In this document: positions 19,891-29,365 of the stretch, piece after piece | How positions within the stretch are numbered: the stretch's first letter is position 1 | How the letters are laid out: the number at the start of each line of letters is the position of its first letter | Origin: an uncultured Methylomirabilota bacterium | Lineage (GTDB): Bacteria > Methylomirabilota > Methylomirabilia > Methylomirabilales > 2-02-FULL-66-22 | Length of the DNA stretch: 64,000 bases | Assembly (NCBI GenBank): GCA_963845565.1 | Contig: CAWJSJ010000005.1 | Span: 952,818-1,016,817, forward strand | Reading direction: 5' to 3' | Notes under the pieces: generated by a model | The model's database searches: none | Seen by the model: only the letters and a program-made list of their open reading frames with translations | Told to the model about the DNA's origin: nothing | Program-made: the position numbers and the translations under genes

Positions 19891-21603
19891 GTGAAAACAG
19901 AAACCACCATTGCCCTGCGCAAGTCTAGCGTCTGGTCTGAGATGAAAATCAGCGGCCTGCTGGCGTATGGCGCCGTCTGGGCATTTTTCGTCGTTTTTCT
20001 CATCTATCCTCTGATCCGTCTGTTCTACGACAGCTTCACGACCGAGGCGGGGGCCTTTACTTTTTCGAATTTCCAGGATTTCTTCACAGACGCCTTCTAT
20101 CTGAAATCCCTGTTGAACTCCATGATCCTGGGCGTGGCCACCGTGATCACGACCTCCATCATCGGCATCGCGATCGCGTTTCTTCTGCTGCGGTACGATT
20201 TTCCCGGGCGGGGGCTCTTCTCGTACCTGACGATCGTCCCCATGATCATGCCCCCCCTGGTCGGCGTCATGGGTTTCGTCTTCATCCTGGGCCGCGCCGG
20301 AACCGTCAACATCATTCTCCAGGATTATCTCGGCTTTCAGAAGCCGGTCAACTTCATGTACGGACTCCACGGGATTCTCCTGGTGGAGACGCTGCATCTT
20401 TTTCCGCTGATGACGCTTTCCATCGTCGACGCCATGGGAAAGATATCGCCCTCCCTGGACGAGGCGGCTGAGAGCGTCGGGTCCCGGGGGATCCGCAAAT
20501 TCTGGGACATCACGTTCCCGCTGACCACTCCGGGTTATGTTTCCGGGGCGCTCCTGGTCTTCATCTGGACCTTCGCCGACTTTGCCACACCGCTGGTGGT
20601 CGGAATCTCCGACCTGCTCGCCTCCCAGGCCTACCTGAACATCGTTCAGTTCGTGGACCGGCGTCTCTTCAAGATGGGGATCGTCATTTCGGCCATCATG
20701 GTGATCCTGGCCATCCTGTTTCTGATCATTGCCAAGAAGTACGTGTCGATCAAGGATTACAGCTCTCTCTCCTATTCGGTGATCGAGCGGAAGAAGCTCT
20801 CCCCCCTGGCGCAGGTGGGGGCGATCGCCTTCCTGGGGTTCATCCTGATTTTGGCTTTCATTCCCTATCTGGGCCTCGCGCTGGATTCCTTCGGCAAGGG
20901 GTGGGCGCTGACCCCCTTTCCGGTGAAGTACACGCTCCAGTATTTCGAACGGGTGGCCTTCGAGACGCCCAAGTTCATCCTCAACAGTCTGCTCTTTTCG
21001 GGGATATCGGTCGTGATCTGTATCGCCGTGGGGGTGCCGGTGGCCTGGGTGATGTCCCGGACCAAACTTCCGGGGCGCGACGTCCTCGACTCGCTGACCA
21101 CGCTGATCCTGGCCCTGCCGGGGACCGGCATCGGCATCGCTTATATGCGGGCCTTCCGGGACCCCTTCCCCTTCATGGCCACCGCCCTGATCGGCATGTG
21201 GATCATCATTCCCATCGTCCTGGCGGTCCGGCGGCTCCCCTATACGGTGCGGGGGACCTTCGCCTCGCTCTTGATCGTCCACCGCTCCTTCGAGGAGGCG
21301 GCCGAGAGCGTCGGCGCCACCAAGCCCAGGACCTTCAAGGACGTCACGCTCCCCCTCATCTGGAAGGGGGTCCTGGTGGGGTCCCTCTACTCCTTCATCC
21401 TGGCCCTCCAGGAGGCGTCGGCCACGTTGCTGCTGGTCATCCCCGGCCATGAGATGATGACGGTGGGCATCTTCAACTTCTACATCGGCGGCTCCGTCAA
21501 CGAGGCGGCCGCCCTTGGGTTCATCCTGATCATCCTCGGCGCCGCCTGCCTCTTCATCATCAACCGGATGGCTGGCTCCAAGATGGGGGGCGTCTTCGGC
21601 TAG
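19891..21603 (+). CDS. ABC transporter permease, Fe3+/AfuB-like (duplicated domain)
   Basis: Many TM helices; two EAA loops (LDEAAESVG, FEEAAESVGA). Confidence 0.9.
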   Translation: MKTETTIALRKSSVWSEMKISGLLAYGAVWAFFVVFLIYPLIRLFYDSFTTEAGAFTFSNFQDFFTDAFYLKSLLNSMILGVATVITTSIIGIAIAFLLLRYDFPGRGLFSYLTIVPMIMPPLVGVMGFVFILGRAGTVNIILQDYLGFQKPVNFMYGLHGILLVETLHLFPLMTLSIVDAMGKISPSLDEAAESVGSRGIRKFWDITFPLTTPGYVSGALLVFIWTFADFATPLVVGISDLLASQAYLNIVQFVDRRLFKMGIVISAIMVILAILFLIIAKKYVSIKDYSSLSYSVIERKKLSPLAQVGAIAFLGFILILAFIPYLGLALDSFGKGWALTPFPVKYTLQYFERVAFETPKFILNSLLFSGISVVICIAVGVPVAWVMSRTKLPGRDVLDSLTTLILALPGTGIGIAYMRAFRDPFPFMATALIGMWIIIPIVLAVRRLPYTVRGTFASLLIVHRSFEEAAESVGATKPRTFKDVTLPLIWKGVLVGSLYSFILALQEASATLLLVIPGHEMMTVGIFNFYIGGSVNEAAALGFILIILGAACLFIINRMAGSKMGGVFG

Positions 21604-21609
21604 ACCCGA

Positions 21610-21800
21610 CAGGCTGCTGAAAAAGGCCCATCTGCGGGGACCCATCCTCCGGATGGGTACCCCGCCGGCCTCGGCACTCGCTGCGGCGTACCTCCAGTAC
21701 GCCTGGACCCAGCTGCGCTGGGTACCCCGGCCTCCGGCGTGCCGCCTGGCATCTGGGCCTTTTTGAGCAGCCTGAGTGAGACGAGTTCTTCAGCAGCCTG
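21610..21800 (-). mobile_element. Family A palindromic element copy 5 (two nested hairpin modules)
   Basis: CAGGCTGCTGAAAAAGGCCCATCTGCG...TTTTTGAGCAGCCTG...TTCAGCAGCCTG. Confidence 0.85.
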
Positions 21801-21941
21801 CTGATTCCCGGGGAACCCCCCAGGCGGGCTCTACCCCCGTTCCCGCCGGCTCTCCTTGCCCGCCCCCTGACTGGCGCCTTTCCAACTTCCTATGGGTCAG
21901 ACCGTGGCGCAGTGGGCCAGGGAAGGCGGGCCAAGGAAGGC

Positions 21942-21970
21942 TTGACACCTTCCGGGGTTGCACTTAGACT
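21942..21970 (+). promoter_or_regulatory. sigma70-type promoter of methyltransferase gene
   Basis: TTGACA-17nt-TAGACT; near-duplicate of the promoter at 17317. Confidence 0.65.
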
Positions 21971-22107
21971 GCCGGCAATTCCGGGTGGCGGGGACGCGGA
22001 TGGGGGAAATGCTCGGGTAGAGCAGCGCTCGGCCGTCAGCATTCAGCGTTCAGCCACGAGACTGACCGCTGTTCGCTGATCGCTGACTGCTCGAATAAGG
22101 ACACGCC

Positions 22108-22707
22108 ATGCACCATAAAGGGAAACCGGTCGACCGGCCCAAGTCGGGGCCCGGCGGCGGAAAGCACGATTTCTTCGGTCACGGGGACGAGATCCGGGCG
22201 GCACTGCTGACGCGGCTGCCCACGCAGGCCATCCGGGCGCTGGACGTCGGCACGGGGTTCGGGCGGAACGCCGTCTTTCTCGCGCGCCATCTGGCGCCGG
22301 GGAGCCACGTCTGGTCGGTGGATCCGTCGGAGGAATCCCTCAAGCAGGGCGCCGCGGCGGTCCAGGAGGCGGAGTTGACGGCGACCGTCACGCTGGGGCC
22401 GGGATCAGCGGAGCGACTGCCGTTCCGGGACGACGAATTCGACCTGACCGTCGGGGTCATGCTGTTCCATCACCTGGTGGAGGTCCCGGCGGCCCTGCGG
22501 GAGATGGGGCGCGTCACCAAGCCAGACGGGAAGTTGCTGATCGTGGACTGGGGGCCGACCGCGCACTTGCTTCCGTTTGCGATCGAGCACCGCCCCGAGG
22601 ATTTCTTTACGCCCCGTGCGGTGGAGAAGATGCTGATGGAGTCCGGGTTCGGGGCCTCGGTGGAACAGCATCCGATGTGGTATGTCGCCGAGGGGATGAA
22701 GGTCTAA
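22108..22707 (+). CDS. Class I SAM-dependent methyltransferase
   Basis: ALDVGTGFG, AERLPFRDDEFD, EMGRVTKPDG. Confidence 0.88.
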   Translation: MHHKGKPVDRPKSGPGGGKHDFFGHGDEIRAALLTRLPTQAIRALDVGTGFGRNAVFLARHLAPGSHVWSVDPSEESLKQGAAAVQEAELTATVTLGPGSAERLPFRDDEFDLTVGVMLFHHLVEVPAALREMGRVTKPDGKLLIVDWGPTAHLLPFAIEHRPEDFFTPRAVEKMLMESGFGASVEQHPMWYVAEGMKV

Positions 22708-22858
22708 CAGGCTGCTGAAAACGACCCATCTGCGGCGTTGGACCGCTTAGGCACTCGTTGCGGCGTACCTGGAGTACGCTCACTCGGCCTTTCGCGTTCC
22801 GCCTTGCATATGGACCGTTTTGAGCAGCCTGGGCGAAGGTGGGTTGTTCAGCAGCCTG
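22708..22858 (-). mobile_element. Family A palindromic element copy 6
   Basis: Starts right after TAA; fills the gap between convergent genes. Confidence 0.85.
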
Positions 22859-22863
22859 CTGAT

Positions 22864-23664
22864 TCACTCGGGCGCGGCCCCGAGCAGGGTGCGGATGTCG
22901 CGCCGCAGTTGCCGCATGCTCGAGTCGTCCTCGGTCCGGTAATACCCGCGGATGCGTGCCTTCCGGTCGCCCAAGACGAACCAGGAGCTGTGCAGGAACG
23001 GCGGGGCGAGAAACTCCGAATCGGAGTGCGCCCGCGCCAGGTCCGGCTCCAGCAGGTGCCGGAGTGCGCGATCGACGCCCTTCGCGCGCGGGAGCGTCCA
23101 CCATCCTGTCGAGCGCTCGGTCTGGTTTCCCCGCGGCGACGAGACCGGGGCGGGCGCGGCCGTTTCCGTCGGGTCCTCCACGCTGAGCCGGAATCCCTCC
23201 TGAATCAGGGCGTAGATCGCCTGCTTGTCCCCGGTGAGAAACCACCACTGGCTGCGGTCGGCCTCGTAGCGGGCGGCGTACTTGGCGAGGACGGCGGGGG
23301 TATCGCGCTTCGGATCCACCGTGATCGAGAGGAATCGCAGCCCCGATTCTCCGGCAAAGTCCCGCTGCAAGACGGCCATGCGGGCGCTCTGGAGCGGGCA
23401 GGTATCGGTGCACTGGGTGTAGATGAAGTTGGCGACCCACACTGTGCCGACGAGGTCGGACCGGGTCACCGTCCGGCGGTCGCGCTCGGTCAGGGAGAAA
23501 TCGGGGAGGGTTCCGAAGAGCTGTAGTCCCCCAAGCATGGCACTCACCGGCGGTCGGCCCGGTCGCAGGAGGTACCACGCCCAGCCGCCCGCGATGGCCG
23601 CCAGCGCGACGGTGAGGGCCAGGACCAGAACCAGCGTGTGACGCGGAGGGGACGTCTTGGGCAT
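22864..23664 (-). CDS. SCO1/SenC family copper chaperone
   Basis: N-terminal TM; FIYTQCTDTCP (CxxxC), SITVDPKRDT, conserved His in FLHSSWFVL; ~45 aa insertion before the His. Confidence 0.88.
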   Translation of the reverse strand: MPKTSPPRHTLVLVLALTVALAAIAGGWAWYLLRPGRPPVSAMLGGLQLFGTLPDFSLTERDRRTVTRSDLVGTVWVANFIYTQCTDTCPLQSARMAVLQRDFAGESGLRFLSITVDPKRDTPAVLAKYAARYEADRSQWWFLTGDKQAIYALIQEGFRLSVEDPTETAAPAPVSSPRGNQTERSTGWWTLPRAKGVDRALRHLLEPDLARAHSDSEFLAPPFLHSSWFVLGDRKARIRGYYRTEDDSSMRQLRRDIRTLLGAAPE

Positions 23665-23897
23665 GGGCGCAATCCTTCGCCCGGGCAGTGAGGGCGAGCG
23701 TGCGAACTCCGTCGGAATGGCGACGACTTGCTGCCCACCGGCCGACGGATCATCCGGTCAGAAAAGCCAGCGATACACCACCACGCCTGCTCCTACCAGG
23801 AGCAGCAGCCACGCGGACGGTCAGAGGCGAAACCGCATCGCGACACCCTCCGAGATTCACGCGCCAGGCGCAAGACGTCGTTCTGGACGAGGCCTGA

Positions 23898-24088
23898 CAC
23901 GATGCTGAAAAACCCGCTGGCACACAGGCTGCTCAAAAAGGTCCAGATGCCAGGCGGCGGGCAAAGGGCGGGGTACCCGCCGCAGGTGGGTCAAGGCGTA
24001 CTCCAGGTACGCCGCAACGAGCGCCCGAGCACGCGGGGTACCCGTCCGGAGGATGGGTCCCCGCAGATGGGCCTGTTTCAGCAGCCTG
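23898..24088 (+). mobile_element. Family A palindromic element copy 7 (two nested hairpin modules)
   Basis: GATGCTGAAAAA...CAGGCTGCTCAAAAAGGTCCAGATG...GCAGATGGGCCTGTTTCAGCAGCCTG. Confidence 0.85.
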
Positions 24089-24101
24089 CTCCCCGAGCGG
24101 C

Positions 24102-26000
24102 TTACCGGCGCCGATCCGATAAGAAATCGAACAGGGTCGCCACGCTCTCGTCGAGGCCGGACGCCCCCGTGTCGATCGTCAGTTCCGGCGTCAGGGGCGG
24201 CTCGTACGGCGCAGAGACCCCGGTGAACTCCGCGATCTGTCCGGCCCGCGCCTTGGCGTACAGACCCTTCGGATCGCGCCGTTCGCACACGTCAACGCTG
24301 GCGCTCAGATACACCTCGACGAACCTCGCGCTGCCGATGATCTCCCGCGCGGCGTTGCGGTCCTCCCGGTAGGGGGAGATGAACGCCGTGATCACGAACA
24401 GCCCCGCGTCGTTGAAGAGCTTCGCCACCTCGGCGATCCGCCGGATGTTTTCCTTGCGGTCGCTCGGCGAGAAGCCCAGATCCCGGTTCAGGCCGTGCCG
24501 GATGTTGTCCCCATCGAGCACGAAGCACGCGTGCCCCGCCTCGATCAGCCGTTGTTCCAGCTCCATGGCGATGGCCGATTTACCCGAGCCGCTCAGCCCG
24601 GTGAGCCAGATGGTGGCCGCCTGCTGTCGGAGCAGGCGCGCCCGGTCGTCGGGGGTGACCTTGCTGCGCTGCCAGGCGATGTCGCGGCTGACAGTCTCCT
24701 GCGCGCCCTGGCGCGAGACCTGGTCGGCGCCCGCCCGGGCGATCACCATCGCCGCCCCCACGGTGACGTTGGTGAGCGGATCGATCACGATGAAGCTGCC
24801 CGTCTGCCGGCTGCGCTGGTACTCGTCGACGAAGAGGGGCTTGAAGAAGCTGAAGCGCGCCCGGCCGATGTCGTTCAGGCCCAGCTGCGGGCCCTCGTCG
24901 CGGCGGAGCGTGTTGGGGTCGACGCGGTACTGGATCTCCGCGCAGCTGCCTTTCACGACGGCGGAGCCGTGCTTGACCAGATACGTCTTCCCAACCGCCA
25001 GCGGCTGATCGCTCATCCACACCACCATCGCCTCGACCGACCGCTCGACGCGGGGCAGATTCTTGGGGTGGGCGATCATGTCCCCGCGGCTGATGTCCAT
25101 GTCGTCCGCGATGCATAGCGTCACGCAGAGCGGCGCGAAGGCGTAGGCGAGATCGCCGTCGTAGGTCACGATGCGGGTGATCTGCGAGCGCTTACCCGAT
25201 GGGAGCACCACGATCTCGTCCCCCGGGCGCACCACCCCCGCCGCGATCTGCCCGCTGTACCCCCGGAACGTCTGGTCGGGCCGCACCACGCGCTGGACCG
25301 AAAAACGGAAATCGATCAGGTTCCGGTCGCCCCCGACGTAGACATTCTCCAGATGGGTCAAGAGCGGGATGCCGTCGAACCACGGCATCCGGCGGCTCTT
25401 GTGCACGACGTTATCGCCCCGCAGCGCGCTGACCGGGATAAATGTGAGGTCGCCGAAGCCCAGCCGGGTGGCGAAGTCCGTGTACTCGTCCTTGATCCGC
25501 TCGAAGACCTCCTGGTTGTACCCCACCAGGTCCATCTTGTTGACCGCCACCACGAGCCGCGGCACGCCCAGGAGGGACGAGATGAACCCGTGGCGCTTCG
25601 ATTGGGTGAGCACACCGAGCCGGGCGTCGATCAGGATCACGGCGAGGTCGGCGGTCGAGGCGCCGGTGGCCATGTTGCGGGTGTACTGCTCGTGGCCGGG
25701 CGTGTCGGCGATGATGAACCGTCGTTTCGCCGTGGCGAAGTAGCGGTAGGCCACGTCGATGGTGATTCCCTGCTCGCGTTCGGCTTTGAGGCCGTCGGTG
25801 ATGAACGAGAAATCGATCTCGTCGCCCCGGCCCCCGGCGGCCTTCTTCAGCGCCTCGATGTGGTCCTCGTAGAGGGCGTCGGCGTCGTGCAGCAGCCGGC
25901 CGATCAGCGTGGATTTTCCGTCGTCGACGCTCCCGGCCGTGGTGAATCTGAGCAGATCGGGGTCGCCGTCACGGTGGAGCAAGGCATGCTGGGCGTTCAT
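24102..26000 (-). CDS. cysNC: Bifunctional sulfate adenylyltransferase large subunit / APS kinase
   Basis: TAGSVDDGKSTLIGRLL, EREQGITIDVAY, DTPGHEQY, NKMD; C-terminal WLTGLSGSGKS, LDGDNIRHGL, RDPKGLY. Confidence 0.96.
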   Translation of the reverse strand: MNAQHALLHRDGDPDLLRFTTAGSVDDGKSTLIGRLLHDADALYEDHIEALKKAAGGRGDEIDFSFITDGLKAEREQGITIDVAYRYFATAKRRFIIADTPGHEQYTRNMATGASTADLAVILIDARLGVLTQSKRHGFISSLLGVPRLVVAVNKMDLVGYNQEVFERIKDEYTDFATRLGFGDLTFIPVSALRGDNVVHKSRRMPWFDGIPLLTHLENVYVGGDRNLIDFRFSVQRVVRPDQTFRGYSGQIAAGVVRPGDEIVVLPSGKRSQITRIVTYDGDLAYAFAPLCVTLCIADDMDISRGDMIAHPKNLPRVERSVEAMVVWMSDQPLAVGKTYLVKHGSAVVKGSCAEIQYRVDPNTLRRDEGPQLGLNDIGRARFSFFKPLFVDEYQRSRQTGSFIVIDPLTNVTVGAAMVIARAGADQVSRQGAQETVSRDIAWQRSKVTPDDRARLLRQQAATIWLTGLSGSGKSAIAMELEQRLIEAGHACFVLDGDNIRHGLNRDLGFSPSDRKENIRRIAEVAKLFNDAGLFVITAFISPYREDRNAAREIIGSARFVEVYLSASVDVCERRDPKGLYAKARAGQIAEFTGVSAPYEPPLTPELTIDTGASGLDESVATLFDFLSDRRR

Positions 26001-26002
26001 GG

Positions 26003-26917
26003 TCAGAAGTATCCCTCGCGCTTCTTCTGCTCCATCGACCCGTCCTGGTCGTGGTCGATGATCCGGGTGATGCGCTCCGAGTGCTTGGCCGTTTTCAGCT
26101 CCTCGATGATCGCGCCGACCGTCCGGGCCGTGGAGCGAACCGCCCCGGTGCACGGGTAGCATCCGAGCGTGCGGTAGCGGCACATGACGCGCTGCGGGGT
26201 CTCGCCCGGCATCATCCGGGTGGCGTCCCCGACCGGGATCAGATGGCGACCCCGCACCACGACCTCGCGCTCCCGGGCGAAGTAGAGGGGCACGACGGGG
26301 ATGTCCTCCAGCGCGATGTACTGCCAGATGTCGAGCTCGGTCCAATTGGAGAGCGGGAAGATGCGAATGCTCTCGCCGGGGCCCACCCGGCCGTTATACA
26401 GGTTCCACAGTTCCGGGCGCTGGTTCTTCGGGTCCCACTGGCCGTGCTCGTCGCGAAACGAATAAATGCGCTCCTTGGCGCGGGAGCGCTCCTCTTCGCG
26501 GCGCGCGCCACCCATGACGCCGTCGTACTCCCCGAGCCGGAGGGCGTTGAGCAACCCCTGAGTCTTGAGCAGGCCGCAGCACTTCACGGTCCCCAGATCC
26601 CACGGATTGGTGTTGGCCTGCAGCGCCTCCTGGTGCATGTACACCCGCAGCTCGGCGCCGATCTCGCGGCAGAAGCGGTCGCGGAACTCGTACATCTCGG
26701 GGAACTTGTACGAGGTGTCGACATGGAGCAGCGGAAAGGGAATCTTCCCCGGGAAGAAGGCCTTCCGGGCGAGGCGCACCATGCACGAGGAATCCTTCCC
26801 CACCGAATACAGCATCACCGGCCGCTCGCATTCGGCGACCACCTCGCGCATGATGTGGATGCTCTCGGCTTCCAGTCGCCGTATCACGGAAAGCGAATAA
26901 CTCTCGCCAGTACTCAT
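26003..26917 (-). CDS. cysD: Sulfate adenylyltransferase small subunit
   Basis: [66 protein letters not shown]. Confidence 0.97.
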   Translation of the reverse strand: MSTGESYSLSVIRRLEAESIHIMREVVAECERPVMLYSVGKDSSCMVRLARKAFFPGKIPFPLLHVDTSYKFPEMYEFRDRFCREIGAELRVYMHQEALQANTNPWDLGTVKCCGLLKTQGLLNALRLGEYDGVMGGARREEERSRAKERIYSFRDEHGQWDPKNQRPELWNLYNGRVGPGESIRIFPLSNWTELDIWQYIALEDIPVVPLYFAREREVVVRGRHLIPVGDATRMMPGETPQRVMCRYRTLGCYPCTGAVRSTARTVGAIIEELKTAKHSERITRIIDHDQDGSMEQKKREGYF

Positions 26918-26982
26918 GAGGTGCCTTTCCAGTCTCGAACCACCGATGTGCCCCTCGCGCCCCGCTCGTGCGCCGCACCGGG

Positions 26983-28266
26983 TTACAGCCGGAAGCGCTC
27001 CCGGTAGGCCGCATACCGCTGCGTCTCTTCCGCGACGTTCATGCCGAACTGCTCCAGGCTGTAGCGGTGCGCCCCGAACCGATCCTTCGGGTTCCGCTGG
27101 AGGAACGCGCGGACCGCCTCCTCCAGTCCCGGCGGGAAGGGGAGGTCGAAGTGGGCGTACACCGTCCGGACGGCGCGGATCGGATCCGCCACCAGGTCGA
27201 GGTAGAGCAGGTCCAGGAAACGCTCGGCGGGCACGCCGCCCTGGTCGCGGAAGCGCATGGCTCTGGTAATAGCCTCCGCCCACCGGCGGCTGCATTCCGG
27301 TCCGACCTCGAGCGGATCGATCTCATCGCTGAAGGCGCCCCGGAGCGTCGCCGTCAAGGACGCGTTCGACGCCGTCACCTGGTTGGGATCCCGGTGGGTC
27401 ATGACGACGCAGGCGTCCGGGTAGGTCGAGAACATCGCCCCGAAGTCGAACATGTGGGCGGGCGCCTTGAGGACCCAGCGTGCGCCCGGGCACCGCCACT
27501 GGAGGTGCTGCAGGAATCGCCGATGCGCCTGGTAGGCCGGGCGGAGGTCCTGCCCCTCGAGCCAATCCAGATAGGACGGCAGGCGGTGGGTGGTCTCGAA
27601 CTGATAGCTCAGGAAGGAGTGGCTGAAGATGACCAAGCACTCCTCGGGCAACTGGGGGTCGACGGGGTGGATCCGGTTGAAGCCCTTCACCAGGCGATGG
27701 AACCAGCGAATCTGGCCGTTGACCACGCCGATGCGGCGGTCCGTGCGATACGTCGCGGCGTCGGGAGGTGGCGAGGGGTAGACGGTTTCCCACGTCAGGG
27801 GAACCCGGTTGGCCGGGTCGAGGGCAAGGAGGGCGTGCAGGAGGGTGGTTCCGGTCCGGGGCAGCCCGGTGATGATGATCGGCCGTCGCGTCTCCTGCGC
27901 CGCGATCCCGGGGTTCCGCTTCCGGTCCTCCTCCATGCGGAGCCGGTTGACGAGGAGGCGGATCAGGTCATGCCGCGTGGCCAAGCGCCCCATGGGATTC
28001 AGCCGCGCCTCGCTCTTCACGGATGCCAGAAGCCGGCGGAAGGGCTCGCGGAACGACGGGTCGCCGAAGTCCTCGAGCGCCGCCTGCCGGCGCGCCGCGC
28101 GGAGGAGCCCCTCCTCCTGGAGTCCATCCGGCATGACGTGTTCGAACAGCCGGCCACCGGCATTGACGGCGCGGATCAAGGCGGAACGTTCCACCTTCCA
28201 GCGCTTCGGGTCTTCTACGGTCACGGTAGCTCCTTGGGCTGCGGGGGCGACTGGCGGGTCCGGCAT
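26983..28266 (-). CDS. PAPS-dependent sulfotransferase family protein (start may be GTG 28224)
   Basis: 5'-[26 protein letters not shown], 3'-PB MTHRDP. Confidence 0.88.
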   Translation of the reverse strand: MPDPPVAPAAQGATVTVEDPKRWKVERSALIRAVNAGGRLFEHVMPDGLQEEGLLRAARRQAALEDFGDPSFREPFRRLLASVKSEARLNPMGRLATRHDLIRLLVNRLRMEEDRKRNPGIAAQETRRPIIITGLPRTGTTLLHALLALDPANRVPLTWETVYPSPPPDAATYRTDRRIGVVNGQIRWFHRLVKGFNRIHPVDPQLPEECLVIFSHSFLSYQFETTHRLPSYLDWLEGQDLRPAYQAHRRFLQHLQWRCPGARWVLKAPAHMFDFGAMFSTYPDACVVMTHRDPNQVTASNASLTATLRGAFSDEIDPLEVGPECSRRWAEAITRAMRFRDQGGVPAERFLDLLYLDLVADPIRAVRTVYAHFDLPFPPGLEEAVRAFLQRNPKDRFGAHRYSLEQFGMNVAEETQRYAAYRERFRL

Positions 28267-29336
28267 GAACCGTCCGTCACGACGCCCCCGGGGGTCTTAC
28301 GGAACGCGCGGCGGATCGCCGAGGCCTGCCACGAGGCCAGCCCGGGGAGGCCAAGGAGCAGTTCCCGCACCCGCCGGACCAGGGAGAGGCCGAGCGCGAC
28401 GCCGGGCTCGATGCCGAGGGCGCCTCCCACCAGGACGTAGCCCCCTTCCTGGATGCCGAGGGCGCCGGGCACCGCGAAGGCCCCGGTCCGGATGGCCTGG
28501 CCGAGGCTCTCGAACAGCAACGCCGTCCGGAGGTCCACGGGATGGCCGAGCAGGTGCAAGGCGTACCAGACCTCGGCAATGCCGACGAACCAGGCCAGCA
28601 TGTGCCAGCACCCCGACGCGAGCACCACCCGGCGCTCGCCATAGAGCCGGAGCACCTCGCCATCCATGGTGGTGGCGCCGTCGGAGAAGGGGACCCATTC
28701 CGGACCCCCCAGGATCCGCTTCGATAACCGCACGAGCAGGCCGAAGAGTCCCCGCCGCTGGACCGCATAGAACCCCGCCAACAGGATCGCCATGATGCCG
28801 GAGCCGACCAGCACCACCAGCAGCGCCCGTCCCAGGCCGAGGCTCGGAACCAGCACGCTGACGCCGAAGAGCGTGAAGAGGATCTGCGTCAGCACGACGA
28901 GGGTGATGTCGACGACGACGCTGGCGCCGGCCGGTCCGACCCGGACCCCACGGTCCGCGAGGAGCCAGGCCTTCACCACGTTGCCACCCATCTGGAGGAC
29001 GGGGAGCAGGTCGTTGATCGACTCCCCGATCCAGCGGGCCCAGATCATCGTCCGCCGTTTCGGCTGCTGCCCCGACGGGAACAGGGCCCGCCAGCCCATG
29101 GCGTCCGCCCACACCTGCGGAAGATGGAGGAGCGCGACGGCGAGAATTCCCCATCCTGCCTGCCGGAGGGCTGCCGCCACGTCGTCTATCCCCTGCCAGG
29201 CGATGACGGCAACGAACAGCACGACGCCGACTGCAAGGCCGCCGTACGCGGCGCGGGAGCCGAGGAACCCACGGAGCAGCGTCATCGGAGTCGGAGGCAG
29301 AGACGGGCTCCGCTCCGGATTGGCGTCGGGATTCAT
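28221..29336 (-). CDS. Flippase-like (LPG synthase TM) membrane protein, HpnL-like
   Basis: Multi-TM; RWIGESINDLLP, ESLGQAIRTGAFAVPGALGIQEGG, LSLVRRVRELLLGLPGL; adjacent to hpnO-like gene. Confidence 0.75.
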   Translation of the reverse strand: MNPDANPERSPSLPPTPMTLLRGFLGSRAAYGGLAVGVVLFVAVIAWQGIDDVAAALRQAGWGILAVALLHLPQVWADAMGWRALFPSGQQPKRRTMIWARWIGESINDLLPVLQMGGNVVKAWLLADRGVRVGPAGASVVVDITLVVLTQILFTLFGVSVLVPSLGLGRALLVVLVGSGIMAILLAGFYAVQRRGLFGLLVRLSKRILGGPEWVPFSDGATTMDGEVLRLYGERRVVLASGCWHMLAWFVGIAEVWYALHLLGHPVDLRTALLFESLGQAIRTGAFAVPGALGIQEGGYVLVGGALGIEPGVALGLSLVRRVRELLLGLPGLASWQASAIRRAFRKTPGGVVTDGSCRTRQSPPQPKELP

Positions 29337-29365
29337 GATTCGAGCATGCCGCGAACCCGCCCCAC

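Noticed and set aside
24187..24197. 11-nt match of spacer 2 (reverse complement) inside cysNC
   Set aside because: Too short; expected by chance in GC-rich DNA.
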